From positions 733,366-797,365 of the forward strand of contig JACKGF010000001.1 of the NCBI GenBank assembly GCA_020632095.1: a DNA stretch of 64,000 bases, read 5' to 3'. The translations under genes and the position numbers were made by a program. Of this stretch, positions 9,067 to 18,899 are shown piece by piece. Position 1 is the first letter of the stretch. Each line of letters starts with the position of its first letter. Source of the stretch: Candidatus Nomurabacteria bacterium (GTDB lineage: Bacteria > Patescibacteriota > Minisyncoccia > Phycocordibacterales > UBA918). The notes beneath the pieces are model-generated. The model worked only from the letters and a program-made list of their open reading frames with translations. It was not told where the DNA came from and searched no databases.

Positions 9067-9213
9067 CTGCCACAAAATTACTTCTAAAGAATAAGCCCAG
9101 ATCAAGCGCAAGTTAACCTTTATACAGAATGAATACAATAAACAAATTTTTCCTTCATCTTAAAGACGATCCAAGAACAACACATCTTGGGCTAGCTTTG
9201 TTATAATCACTCC

Positions 9214-9770
9214 ATGTTTAATATCTCAGAAAAACTATTGGCAACAAAACCAAAAGTCGGAGAGGTTATCTTTATAGCGATTGATGGTCATGGCGGATCA
9301 GGTAAGTCAATATCTGCAAAACTTTTGTCTAAAAAACTTCAGGCTGAGGTTATTCATACTGATGATTTTTCCGGCTGGGATAATGTTATAGACAAAGTAT
9401 TTAAACCGATTATTAACGGAGCAAAAACATTGTCTTACCAACCAATCAGTTGGTGGAGCGGCCACCACCCTCAACCTATCACCAATCAAGCGGTGACAAA
9501 AATAATGATCCTGGAAGGTGTCGGTTCATCACGAACAGAACTAACTGACTACATAAGTTTTAATATTTTGTTGATACCCCGAAGGAAATTTGTTTAGGGC
9601 GAGGAATTAAACGTGGCAAAAGTACAGGTAAAAGTACCGAGGAGATTTCTTCCATCTGGAAAAAATGGATCGCAATAGAAGATGAATATATGGAGAAGAA
9701 TAACCCTAAAACTAAAGCCGACTTAATAATAGATGGCACCAAACCTCTTGAAGAGCAAATTAATTTTTAA
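9214..9770 (+). pseudogene. Uridine/cytidine kinase-like P-loop kinase interrupted by a 1-nt frameshift
   Basis: Frame 1 gives IAIDGHGGSGKSISAKLL...ILEGVGSS and stops at 9595-9597. Frame 3 continues from ~9564 as YFVDTPKEICLGRGIKRGKST...ADLIIDGTKP to a stop at 9768-9770, matching uridine-kinase FVDT...R..R..RD and ADIIIP motifs. The shift lies in the A/T-rich tract ttttaatattttg (~9555-9570). Confidence 0.5.
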
Positions 9771-10027
9771 CCCCTGAGACTATAGATAAGTATTTCAGTC
9801 CGTGTCTGAATAATTTTACCTCATTAACACATCGTCACCAATCTGACTCAGACAGGAATCATAAAACGCAGTCGTGGAGATGAAAATATCTATTACATTG
9901 ATGGCACAATATTGTTGTTACAGAAATACTAGATAACGAGCACCAATAAATTAATGTCCCCTTCATTTCGAATCTCTATATTTTTACATCTTCTGGACAC
10001 CCAGAATCCTCTATTAAGTTCACTAAC

Positions 10028-10252
10028 TTAATTTTTGTTGAACGGTAATTTTGCTAAAAAATAAGCCATCGGACACCAACCGAACATTCCCGAAACTAAC
10101 AACCCACCACTAACCAAGATTGATAAGACTATAAATCTAGTATCAATAGTGAAAGCTAAAATTAAGCCAGTTAAGTTTAGTAATGAGCCAATAGTTAATG
10201 CTTGCCTCATGTATACATCTGATTTTAAACACCTTTGTTCGTTTTCCATATT
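10028..10252 (-). CDS. DUF2892/YgaP-like small membrane protein
   Basis: C-terminal GWCPMAYFL motif and Gly-rich TM pair typical of DUF2892. Start set at an internal Met so that it does not overlap the RND stop at 10267. Confidence 0.4.
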   Translation of the reverse strand, partial: NMENEQRCLKSDVYMRQALTIGSLLNLTGLILAFTIDTRFIVLSILVSGGLLVSGMFGWCPMAYFLAKLPFNKN

Positions 10253-10266
10253 TAATTGATTATTTT

Positions 10267-13200
10267 TTATTTTTCTTTCGAAAAATAAACTAAAACTGTT
10301 GGATAAATAACTAACGTCAGAATTGTTGCTAACGATAGACCAAACACTATCGACCAAGCCAACCCAGACCAAACTGGATCACTGGCGATAGTAAGGCTAC
10401 CTAATACCGTAGTGAGTGAAGTTAACATAATGGGACGCAGTCTGGCAGCACCCGCCTCAAAGAGTGACTCTGCTAATGAAAATCCTTTTCTGCGCATTTG
10501 GTCAGTGTACTCAAGCAAGATAATAGCATTATTAACCGCAATTCCGATTAGTGCGATAAAGCCAATTAAAGCGGTAGCAGTAAGGTAGATACCAAATACT
10601 TTATCTAAAACTAGGAACCCCCAAATAATTCCGACTAACCCTAACGGCACTGTCAGCAAGACGTAACCTGGTGTTGAAAAAGTATTATATTGAGCCACCA
10701 ATACACCATAAACCAAAATCAATGCCACTAACATTGCCATTCCTAAGTCCCTGAAATTCTCAAGCGTCATCTCCCATTCCCCACCAAAATTTATCTGCGC
10801 TTGTACTCCATCTGAGTTTATTAATTGCATACCAAATAAATTCCAATCGGTTACTGTGTAGCCTGCAATTCCTTCACTTATTATCTGACGCATCAATTCG
10901 ATTGTCACATATATGACCGAACGGTTTTCGAGTTCAGCTGTAACATATGTCATTTGCAAATTATCTTCTAGCGAAATATTCGTTGGTCTTATTTCGTGAT
11001 TAATTTTTAAAACTGACCGCAAAGGCACACTTTCGCCAGTCTTCGTTAAAACTGGGTAACCTAGTATTTGCTCCGGATTGCTTCGCAGAGCAGGCGACAC
11101 TGAAAGCAAGATGGGGGTATACTCTACATTTTTTGAGCTTTGGTATTCACCGACCTCAACTGAACCAGAGGTAAGCGACAAAATCTCCATTACTGACTGA
11201 CGACTAACCCCAAGATTATCAGCGGCAACACTATCAAAAACATACGAGATTCTGCCTACAGCGACATCAGAACTAATATGCCTATCAACCACCCCAGCAG
11301 AATTTCTATACAGAGCTAATAAAGCGGTAGAAATTTGCTCTCTAACTACACTATCCTCCGACACCACTTTAGACACTACCGTAGCTTGCACTGGTGGTCC
11401 TGGTGGTTCCTCCATCAAACGCACTATCGACTCATACTCCGGATAAGCTGAGATAATTTTTTCCCTTAAATTATAGACAATTTCTGTAGAACTTTCCCTA
11501 CGTTCTTTGGTTGACACTAGATTTACGCGGAGCGTTGCCTCATAGCCTTGCCGACGATTCTGAGCACCCTTAAACATAGTGCTAAAATCTACAATTGGTG
11601 GAGTCCCGACAAATTGTTGGGCCGACACCACCTGTGAACTATCCAATAAAACATCACTGATTTTCTGACTAATTTCCTTTGTTGATTCAATTGAAGTGTC
11701 TACTGGTGCGTCAATAAAAACATAAAATTGATCCCGGTCCGCATGGGGCAACATTTGAAAATGTACCAACCCTGTCGCTGGCAAAATAAGAGTTACTATA
11801 AATAAAGCTAGCGCCCCCAATAAGATATTTTTTTGTTTTTTACGACTACTAAACACCTTGCTCATAACCTGACGATAGATAGTTAAAATTCTATCCATTA
11901 GGTTATTAATTTTACGAGCTAAGTAAGATGTCTTTTCGTGTGAATTTATCACCAAGGTTGCAACATAAGGTACAAAAATAATCGAAACGAATAGCGAGAC
12001 AATAAGGGCAGTTGGTACGAAGAAAGCGATCGGTCCCATGTATGGTCCCATCATGCCTGTTATATACAACATTGGAATAAATACCACCACTGAGGTAACG
12101 GTTGAGAGGAGGAGACCAACTCCAATCTCATCCACCGCGCCGGCAATCACCCGCTCACGACTCATGCCGGAGGGCTCAATAGCAGCCGCTTTTAGATGAG
12201 AATAAATATTCTCCACTACCACAATAGCCGAATCGACCAGCAGACCGAGTGAGAGAATGAGCGCAAAAAGTGTAATCCGGTTAATAGTTTGATCAAATAG
12301 GTATCCAACTCCAAATACAATTAGTAATGTAGTTGGAATAGAAACTAATACTACAAACGCTGAACGAGCAGACAGAAACAAAAGTAACACTAAAGCCACA
12401 ATTACAATTGACTGAATTAGATTAGTGGTTAATCCAGTAATTTCACTAGCGGCCGTCACTCCGTCATCACTCACTATCGTTGGAATCAATTGTCCACTCA
12501 TCTCATTATTCACATAATCATCAATCACCGCTTTTACTTCCGTGGTTACAATTGGCGCACTTGATCCTTCTACCTTTGCTACTGACATCATCACAACTTC
12601 ATCTGTCCCACCATTGTTATTTTGTTCTAGTACATATGAACGCTGCCCAGCCGTACCAATAAATACTTTTGCAACATCTCTAATCTTAATTCCATTTTTA
12701 ATATCCAAACTACTCACCTCTTCTAAATTATTTGCCCGCCCATCAAAGGTTGTTTCCAGAGTGTACTTCTCCCCCACCAAACCAAGCGAAACCAACCTCT
12801 CCTGACTTGATGCTAAAACTTTAGTAATGTCTTGAACACTAATTTTATTTTGAGACAATCGAGTCTGATCTACCTCCACCACTAAGGCTGGAGTATAGCC
12901 CCCAGTCACAGACACCTCACTAACATTTGGAACAGCGCTAATTTCGTGAGACAAATTTAATACCGCTTGACGCAAATCCTCAATCGATAAATTAAGCGAC
13001 CGAAAAACCACCTGCATGACAGGTACTGTCTCGGGATTGATTTCAAAAATTGTTGGCACCCCGATGGCCCCTTTAGCCAAAAAACTATGTTCATTTATAT
13101 AAGAAAGTAAATCAACTTTTGCTTTCGTTTTATCATAACCAACATCAAAGATTACTGTTGTTACAATTGTTGTCCCGTCGGTCACCCTAGTTAAAATTTC

Positions 13201-13458
13201 ATCCACCCCTGGAACCGAGTCAACTTTTTCCACCAACTCATACACCACCCGATTAATTGCTTCTTCACTGGTTGCTCCTTGATAGTTTAATGTAAGTGAA
13301 AACGCTGGACGAATAATTTCAGGATTATATTGTTTGGACATCAAAAAAAATGCCAACAAACCAAATAAAGCTACCCCAATCAACAGTAGTAAAGAAAGGG
13401 GTCGCCTTACTGCAAAAAAGTGACTGACTCTACCGATAAAATTCATTTTCTGATGCAT
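10267..13458 (-). CDS. RND-family efflux transporter (AcrB/HAE1-like)
   Basis: 1063 aa with 12-TM topology and two large periplasmic loops. The TM4 region ALVLLLFL...AFVVLVSIPTTL and C-terminal GLAWSIVFGLSLATILTLVIYP are typical of AcrB-type pumps. Confidence 0.85.
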   Translation of the reverse strand: MHQKMNFIGRVSHFFAVRRPLSLLLLIGVALFGLLAFFLMSKQYNPEIIRPAFSLTLNYQGATSEEAINRVVYELVEKVDSVPGVDEILTRVTDGTTIVTTVIFDVGYDKTKAKVDLLSYINEHSFLAKGAIGVPTIFEINPETVPVMQVVFRSLNLSIEDLRQAVLNLSHEISAVPNVSEVSVTGGYTPALVVEVDQTRLSQNKISVQDITKVLASSQERLVSLGLVGEKYTLETTFDGRANNLEEVSSLDIKNGIKIRDVAKVFIGTAGQRSYVLEQNNNGGTDEVVMMSVAKVEGSSAPIVTTEVKAVIDDYVNNEMSGQLIPTIVSDDGVTAASEITGLTTNLIQSIVIVALVLLLFLSARSAFVVLVSIPTTLLIVFGVGYLFDQTINRITLFALILSLGLLVDSAIVVVENIYSHLKAAAIEPSGMSRERVIAGAVDEIGVGLLLSTVTSVVVFIPMLYITGMMGPYMGPIAFFVPTALIVSLFVSIIFVPYVATLVINSHEKTSYLARKINNLMDRILTIYRQVMSKVFSSRKKQKNILLGALALFIVTLILPATGLVHFQMLPHADRDQFYVFIDAPVDTSIESTKEISQKISDVLLDSSQVVSAQQFVGTPPIVDFSTMFKGAQNRRQGYEATLRVNLVSTKERRESSTEIVYNLREKIISAYPEYESIVRLMEEPPGPPVQATVVSKVVSEDSVVREQISTALLALYRNSAGVVDRHISSDVAVGRISYVFDSVAADNLGVSRQSVMEILSLTSGSVEVGEYQSSKNVEYTPILLSVSPALRSNPEQILGYPVLTKTGESVPLRSVLKINHEIRPTNISLEDNLQMTYVTAELENRSVIYVTIELMRQIISEGIAGYTVTDWNLFGMQLINSDGVQAQINFGGEWEMTLENFRDLGMAMLVALILVYGVLVAQYNTFSTPGYVLLTVPLGLVGIIWGFLVLDKVFGIYLTATALIGFIALIGIAVNNAIILLEYTDQMRRKGFSLAESLFEAGAARLRPIMLTSLTTVLGSLTIASDPVWSGLAWSIVFGLSLATILTLVIYPTVLVYFSKEK

Positions 13459-13466
13459 ACAATAAA

Positions 13467-15077
13467 TTATAGACGTCCGCTGACAGTTGAAACCAAAGTG
13501 GTATCAGGCTTTACTACCCCACTAACAAACACTGTTTCACCAAAATCGTACTCAATATCAACCGGAATACGTTCTTTGTTTTCGGTATAGACTGAAGTTC
13601 CGATACTAGAAAAATGAAGATAAGCGCGAGGAACTGATACCAAATCACTCATCTCTTCGTCAATCAAAATATATCCCGATACTGAATCACCAATCACGAC
13701 GCTTTCCTCAACTACATCAATAATGACGCGAAGGCTGCCCTGCTCAGCAATTGGACTAAATCTGTCCACATAACCCACCACTTGATCATTTTTTATAAAT
13801 TCTTGCCCTGTTTTCAAACTATTAACAAAACTAGCTGGTACAGAAACAATCAATTCCTTCCCAGCCATACCAACCAAAGTCATGATTGGACTACCCGGCT
13901 GTAAATACTCTCCAGCATCAGCCTGGACTACTGACACTACTCCCCCAAAAGGAGCGCGGACTGATCCAAGTGATGTCTCAGCGGCAGCCAACGCAACTCT
14001 ATTGTTTGCCACCTGCGCCTCTGCTTTAGTAGTTTTAGTTGCAAAAAAGACTTGTTTGGAGGCCTCTTCAGCATCAATTTTGGTTATTTCTACACTCTTT
14101 CCCTGTTGTACCAAATCTTCATTTAATCGACTGGTACTACTACGCACTTCAGCCATCGCACTCCTAACATTACCTTCGGTTTCAATTACAGCTTCCCGAT
14201 AAGCTAAATATTGGGTATATATTGCGTCACTACTAGATACTTTTTTTTGGTCAAAAATATCATTTTCACCAGTCCCCAGCAGTTCTGTCGCAGCATTTAA
14301 TTGAGCGTCAACTAAAACAGCTAAAGATTGAATTTCAACTGCATCAAAATCACCCTTACTCTTTGTGTCTCGGAGTTTATTGATTATGTCATCTGAATTA
14401 ATGACGCTATACCCTATTCCGCTCGATAAGTAATTTGGTTGTTTATTGTAGAGAGCTAATACAATTTCACGATACTCTGCCATGCCAGCGGCTGAAAAAA
14501 ATGATTTGTTTTGATCAACAAAATCCATAGTGGCCGATAAATTTGTAATTGCTCCATCAAGAGTTGTAGCTAATTGTTTTATTGATTCAATTACCTGATC
14601 ATCATTACCTGACTGTCGTAACACAGCAATTTCCTTTGCCGAAAAAACTAACTCTTGTTGTTGCTCCAAAGCAGCTTGTCTGGTCGATAACAAAGCTTCA
14701 CTTTGCACGGCTGACAAACCAGCTTGAGCCTGAGCTAGCTCATATTGAGCATTGCTAATTGGAGTATCTTGTAAAGCTAGCATTGTTCCAGCTGGCACCA
14801 CCGCTCCCTCTTGCACATAAATCGATTTCACTTCACCAGCGGTTTTTGCCCGTACTATCACCGAATCCGAAGCTTTAACTATTCCCGAAACAGCAACCGG
14901 AAATTGGCTGACGGCTTCAACTTTATAAAACTCTTCCTTAGTATCACTAACAATCGACTCTTTCTCAGCCAAAACTGAATTTACTTGAAACTTAATACCA
15001 AAAGTAAGAGCTGTGACAGCTAGTAATAACAGTAAGATATATTTATTGGCTTTAAAGACTTTGATAAGATGCGACAT
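13467..15077 (-). CDS. Efflux membrane-fusion (HlyD/periplasmic adaptor) protein
   Basis: N-terminal TM, then lipoyl/beta-barrel segments flanking a very long coiled coil. Sits immediately upstream of the RND gene in the same operon. Confidence 0.7.
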   Translation of the reverse strand: MSHLIKVFKANKYILLLLLAVTALTFGIKFQVNSVLAEKESIVSDTKEEFYKVEAVSQFPVAVSGIVKASDSVIVRAKTAGEVKSIYVQEGAVVPAGTMLALQDTPISNAQYELAQAQAGLSAVQSEALLSTRQAALEQQQELVFSAKEIAVLRQSGNDDQVIESIKQLATTLDGAITNLSATMDFVDQNKSFFSAAGMAEYREIVLALYNKQPNYLSSGIGYSVINSDDIINKLRDTKSKGDFDAVEIQSLAVLVDAQLNAATELLGTGENDIFDQKKVSSSDAIYTQYLAYREAVIETEGNVRSAMAEVRSSTSRLNEDLVQQGKSVEITKIDAEEASKQVFFATKTTKAEAQVANNRVALAAAETSLGSVRAPFGGVVSVVQADAGEYLQPGSPIMTLVGMAGKELIVSVPASFVNSLKTGQEFIKNDQVVGYVDRFSPIAEQGSLRVIIDVVEESVVIGDSVSGYILIDEEMSDLVSVPRAYLHFSSIGTSVYTENKERIPVDIEYDFGETVFVSGVVKPDTTLVSTVSGRL

Positions 15078-15101
15078 ATAAAATAAAATTATTATTGTCA
15101 A

Positions 15102-15119
15102 TATACCCCATAGGGTATA
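15102..15119. promoter_or_regulatory. Predicted CsoR/RcnR-type operator (7-4-7 palindrome TATACCC-cata-GGGTATA)
   Basis: Perfect inverted repeat with a G/C tract flanked by TA-rich arms. Lies between the divergent MFP-RND operon and the csoR-like gene. Confidence 0.5.
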
Positions 15120-15153
15120 TACTGTAAAGCCCTAGCAATTTATAATAAGTAAT

Positions 15154-15417
15154 ATGGCCACAAATAAAACTCCCGAACAAAAGATGATTGATCGCCTTAG
15201 CCGAGCTGAGGGTCAAATTCGTGCCTTAAAAAACTATCTCGAGTCAGGCAAAATTGACTGCAAATCCTTCATCACTCAGGTTAAGGCTGTTCGCAGTGCT
15301 TTAAAAGCTGTCAACGAGGAGTTCATCATCGCCCATATCGACACTTGTCAAAATCTCCCTGAGAAAAAACGCGAAGCTCAAATGGCCGAAGCTATCCGTT
15401 TGTTGATTCAAAGTTAA
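15154..15417 (+). CDS. CsoR/RcnR/FrmR-family metal-sensing transcriptional repressor
   Basis: 87-aa all-helical protein with RAEGQIRAL, ...C...H...C spacing (C36, H61, C65) as in DUF156 regulators. Confidence 0.65.
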   Translation: MATNKTPEQKMIDRLSRAEGQIRALKNYLESGKIDCKSFITQVKAVRSALKAVNEEFIIAHIDTCQNLPEKKREAQMAEAIRLLIQS

Positions 15418-15492
15418 ACACTGTATTTTCATTACAGAAAAACTGCTGGTCTACCCCACACAAAATACCCTTCATGCCGTATAATTAACAGC

Positions 15493-17904
15493 ATGTTTAC
15501 TGGTCTTTCAAAGTCTGAGGTAATTAAGCAAAGAAAGAAATTTGGGTCAAACACCCTACCAGTTCCGCGACGGCGTTTTTTAAAATTAATTGCTAGACAA
15601 TTTCAAGGAGTTTTTAATATTTTGCTTATTATTGCCGCCCTAATAACTTTCGCGCTTGGTCAACCGATTGATGCTTTATTAATTCTAGTTTTTGTTTTTC
15701 TCGGGGTTGGTCTTAGTTTGTTTCAAGAATATAAATCTAATACGGCTGCCGACAAACTCAAATCGTACCTGACCAATCACACGACCGTTCGTCGGGGGAA
15801 TGTTGACGTTGAAATACCCACCACTGAAATAGTGTTGGGTGACATCATTAAATTGGAGTCAGGTGATATTGTGCCGGCAGACGCTATTGTGCGACACGCT
15901 TTGGATTTGCAAGTTGATGAAACAACTTTTACTGGTGAAAGTATCCCCGTCATTATTATTGCTACCGACAAACATTCCCATGAGCCAGATAGTTTAATCT
16001 TGCAAGGGTCTGTGGTTATTCGTGGCACTGCTTACGCTGAAGTGATTGCCATTGGCAGCCATACCAAGTTAGCCCAAATTGCTAAGAGTACAGAAACTAT
16101 TCAAAATACTAGCGAACTCACCAAAGGGGTTAATCGTATCAGCAACTTCATTCTTCGTACTACTTTTGTGACACTTTTGTTTGTCATTTTGGCCAACGTT
16201 TTTATTGAAGGTAGTTCGGCTGACATTCCAAATTTATTAATCTTTGCGATTGCTCTTGCTGTATCGGTTATTCCCGAAGCTCTACCTTTAGTAATTACTT
16301 TTTCACTTTCACACGGCGCTTTACGTCTGGCGAAAAAAGGTGTGATTGTGAAGCGACTCGCCTCAGTTCAGGACTTGGGTTCTGTTGACCTACTGTGTAC
16401 TGACAAAACCGGCACCCTAACTGAAAACAAATTGGTTTACCTTAACCAATACTTTATCCCTGAATCACCTTTTCACCCTTTAGTTTTAGCGCGACTTGCG
16501 GCGCACGACTTAAACAAACAAAAACCTGAGCCGTTTGACTTAGCAACCGACTTAGCCCTAACCGAGGAACAGCGTGCGGAAGTTAACACTTACCAAACAA
16601 TCGAAGAAGAAGCTTTCGATCCAGACCTGCGCAGCAACGGGGTAATTGTCAGTAGTTCAGAAAAACCCAATCTACACATCAGACGAGGTAGTCCCGAATA
16701 TTTTATTAAACTTGGTTTGGTCTCAAACGATTTAGTCGGAGCTTGGTTGGCTGACGAAGAAAAAAACGGCCGACGAGTACTTGGTGTGAGTTACGACGAT
16801 GGTACTGGTCAAAAATTTGGTGGTTTTGTTTCTTTTGCAGACTCTCTGAAAAAGACCACGATTGAAACCATCAATAAAGCCCGCGAATTGAATGTCGCCA
16901 TCACCATTATTACCGGCGACTCAAAAATGGTAGCTGAAGCGATTGGTTATGAAACTGGTTTGTTAAAAAATTCTGATGAGGTAATAGATGCGAGTGATTT
17001 TTTTACTTTACCAGCCTTAGAACAAACCAAAAAAATTACTGGCGTTCGAGTTTTTGCGCGCACTAGCCCAGAACAAAAACTGGCTTTGATAAACCTACTA
17101 AAAGAACATCACACCGTCGGCTTCTTAGGCGAAGGTATCAACGATGCTCCGGCTTTAAAGTCAGCTCATGTTTCGATGGTGGTACAGTCAGCTTCTGATG
17201 TGGCGCGCGAAACCGCCGATGTCATCCTGACCCGTTCTGACCTACGTGTTATTATCGACGGTATCAGACTCGGTCGCGAAACTCACGCCAACACCTTGAA
17301 ATATATTCGCGCTACGCTTGTATCAAACTTTGGAAATTTCTACGCGGTGGCGATTGGCTCGCTTTTTATCAGTTTTCTGCCGATGTTACCCAAACAAATC
17401 CTCCTCCTTAATTTACTATCAGATTTTCCGATGATGGCGATTGCCTTTGATACTGTTAATAAAAAAGAGATCACTAAGCCTCAGAAATACGACTTCCGTT
17501 CTTTGTATATAATATTTATTACTCTAGGTTTGATTAGCACGGTATTCGATTTCATGTGGTTTGCCCTCTTTTATAAAATCTCACCTGAAGTACTGCAAAC
17601 CAATTGGTTTATCGCTAGTGTTATTACCGAAGTGATTCTACTATTCTCTATTCGCTCTATGCTCCCAATCGAAAAAGCCGGTAAGCCGGCTCCGATTGTG
17701 ATTGGTTTATCGGCTGTCGCAATTGTACTCGCGCTTTCTCTACCAATCATTCCTTTTACCGCCAGCTTTTTTGGATTCACTTCCCCAACTTTAATTCACC
17801 TCGGATTAATCTTGTTGCTAACCCTCATATATCTAATTACCACTGAGTTAGCCAAGCGCCCATTAGCTAGATTTCTGTCTCAGACTGAGACTAAAACCAC
17901 CTAG
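15493..17904 (+). CDS. Cation-transporting P-type ATPase (P2/P3-type, Mg2+/Ca2+-like)
   Basis: DKTGTLT phosphorylation motif, IPEALP (PEGLP-like) in TM4, GEGINDAPAL hinge, 10 TM. No CPC/metal-binding domain, so not a P1B ATPase. Confidence 0.85.
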   Translation: MFTGLSKSEVIKQRKKFGSNTLPVPRRRFLKLIARQFQGVFNILLIIAALITFALGQPIDALLILVFVFLGVGLSLFQEYKSNTAADKLKSYLTNHTTVRRGNVDVEIPTTEIVLGDIIKLESGDIVPADAIVRHALDLQVDETTFTGESIPVIIIATDKHSHEPDSLILQGSVVIRGTAYAEVIAIGSHTKLAQIAKSTETIQNTSELTKGVNRISNFILRTTFVTLLFVILANVFIEGSSADIPNLLIFAIALAVSVIPEALPLVITFSLSHGALRLAKKGVIVKRLASVQDLGSVDLLCTDKTGTLTENKLVYLNQYFIPESPFHPLVLARLAAHDLNKQKPEPFDLATDLALTEEQRAEVNTYQTIEEEAFDPDLRSNGVIVSSSEKPNLHIRRGSPEYFIKLGLVSNDLVGAWLADEEKNGRRVLGVSYDDGTGQKFGGFVSFADSLKKTTIETINKARELNVAITIITGDSKMVAEAIGYETGLLKNSDEVIDASDFFTLPALEQTKKITGVRVFARTSPEQKLALINLLKEHHTVGFLGEGINDAPALKSAHVSMVVQSASDVARETADVILTRSDLRVIIDGIRLGRETHANTLKYIRATLVSNFGNFYAVAIGSLFISFLPMLPKQILLLNLLSDFPMMAIAFDTVNKKEITKPQKYDFRSLYIIFITLGLISTVFDFMWFALFYKISPEVLQTNWFIASVITEVILLFSIRSMLPIEKAGKPAPIVIGLSAVAIVLALSLPIIPFTASFFGFTSPTLIHLGLILLLTLIYLITTELAKRPLARFLSQTETKTT

Positions 17905-18056
17905 CTAGATTCGTGGTGATACGAAAACATATCACGCCTTTATTTTCTCTTTCGTCCTTTTGGACTCATCAGGTAGAATACACATTCAACGAGAGAGGGG
18001 CTTACTAAGGTGCCCCTGTTACCTTAAACATCAAGAACTTACAGCTTGGACTACGT

Positions 18057-18701
18057 TTACGCAGACCGGCGCGTAGGACCATCGAAGTAGCGAACTAGTG
18101 CAGGCAGGAACAACTGATTCCACCACTTGATACTGATGTCGATGGAATGGTCCGACGTAACTTGAACACCGTCCGCAACTGAAAACTCTGCTGGATTGAC
18201 GGTGCCAAAGAACTGTTCAAGCTTGATTTCCTCCCGGTAGTCTGGAGCCACAGTTAGTGAGAAATGAAGACCAGCCACTTGACCCTCGCTCCGCATCACG
18301 ACCACGACCTTGCAGTTGTTAAATTGGGAAACACGGTCAATCAATGATTCATAATCATACGGGGCATATTGCCAAGCATCGACAATGTATACACAAGATA
18401 GTGTTTCGGTGGCGGTTTGCGCGATCTTCAGAGCATTCGTGATCTGTTTTTCAAACTCGACTATGCGTGAAGCAAAAAAATCTTTGGCTCCGGACACCTC
18501 CGACTTATCTGTACCAAGAACCAAGTCGTCGAAGTACGAAGCAAACAACCTGACTTTGTACTCCTCCTCAAAGAGAGACAAGCCCGACAGAGACCGTAAT
18601 GCATGGAAGAGTAGCAATACAGACCCTGAACAAAAATATGTCTGCTCACCTCCATAGGAAGCAAACCATTTGATATCTTCTGCTAGTGCAGGATAGCACA
18701 T
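18057..18701 (-). CDS. Hypothetical protein in a locally GC-elevated patch adjacent to the IS5-family element
   Basis: 214-aa ORF with no recognisable motifs. Its 3' end is ~58% GC versus the AT-rich surrounding genome. Confidence 0.3.
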   Translation of the reverse strand: MCYPALAEDIKWFASYGGEQTYFCSGSVLLLFHALRSLSGLSLFEEEYKVRLFASYFDDLVLGTDKSEVSGAKDFFASRIVEFEKQITNALKIAQTATETLSCVYIVDAWQYAPYDYESLIDRVSQFNNCKVVVVMRSEGQVAGLHFSLTVAPDYREEIKLEQFFGTVNPAEFSVADGVQVTSDHSIDISIKWWNQLFLPALVRYFDGPTRRSA

Positions 18702-18899
18702 CCCCCTTTATTCCATTTTCTTAAGATGGTCCAATACTGCACCTGCCGCTTTTTGTTTTTGCATTAGAAATACCTCCAATGATTACCCAGACTGGGCGAT
18801 TTAATCAAACGGCACTATACCGAAAGATTGATTACTCGAGATTACAAATTTGCAATCCCTCACCCTCAACAAAATCCCTTTTAGTTAAGTGTGAGGAAT

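Noticed and set aside
9560-9742. 60-aa minus-strand ORF overlapping the kinase pseudogene
   Set aside because: It is antisense to the uridine-kinase-like frames and hydrophobic low-complexity. It is explained by the frameshifted gene on the plus strand.
10253-10372. N-terminal 40 residues of ORF 10028..10372
   Set aside because: This part overlaps the 3' end of the RND pump gene in another frame. Only the C-terminal DUF2892-like portion, starting from an internal Met, is kept.
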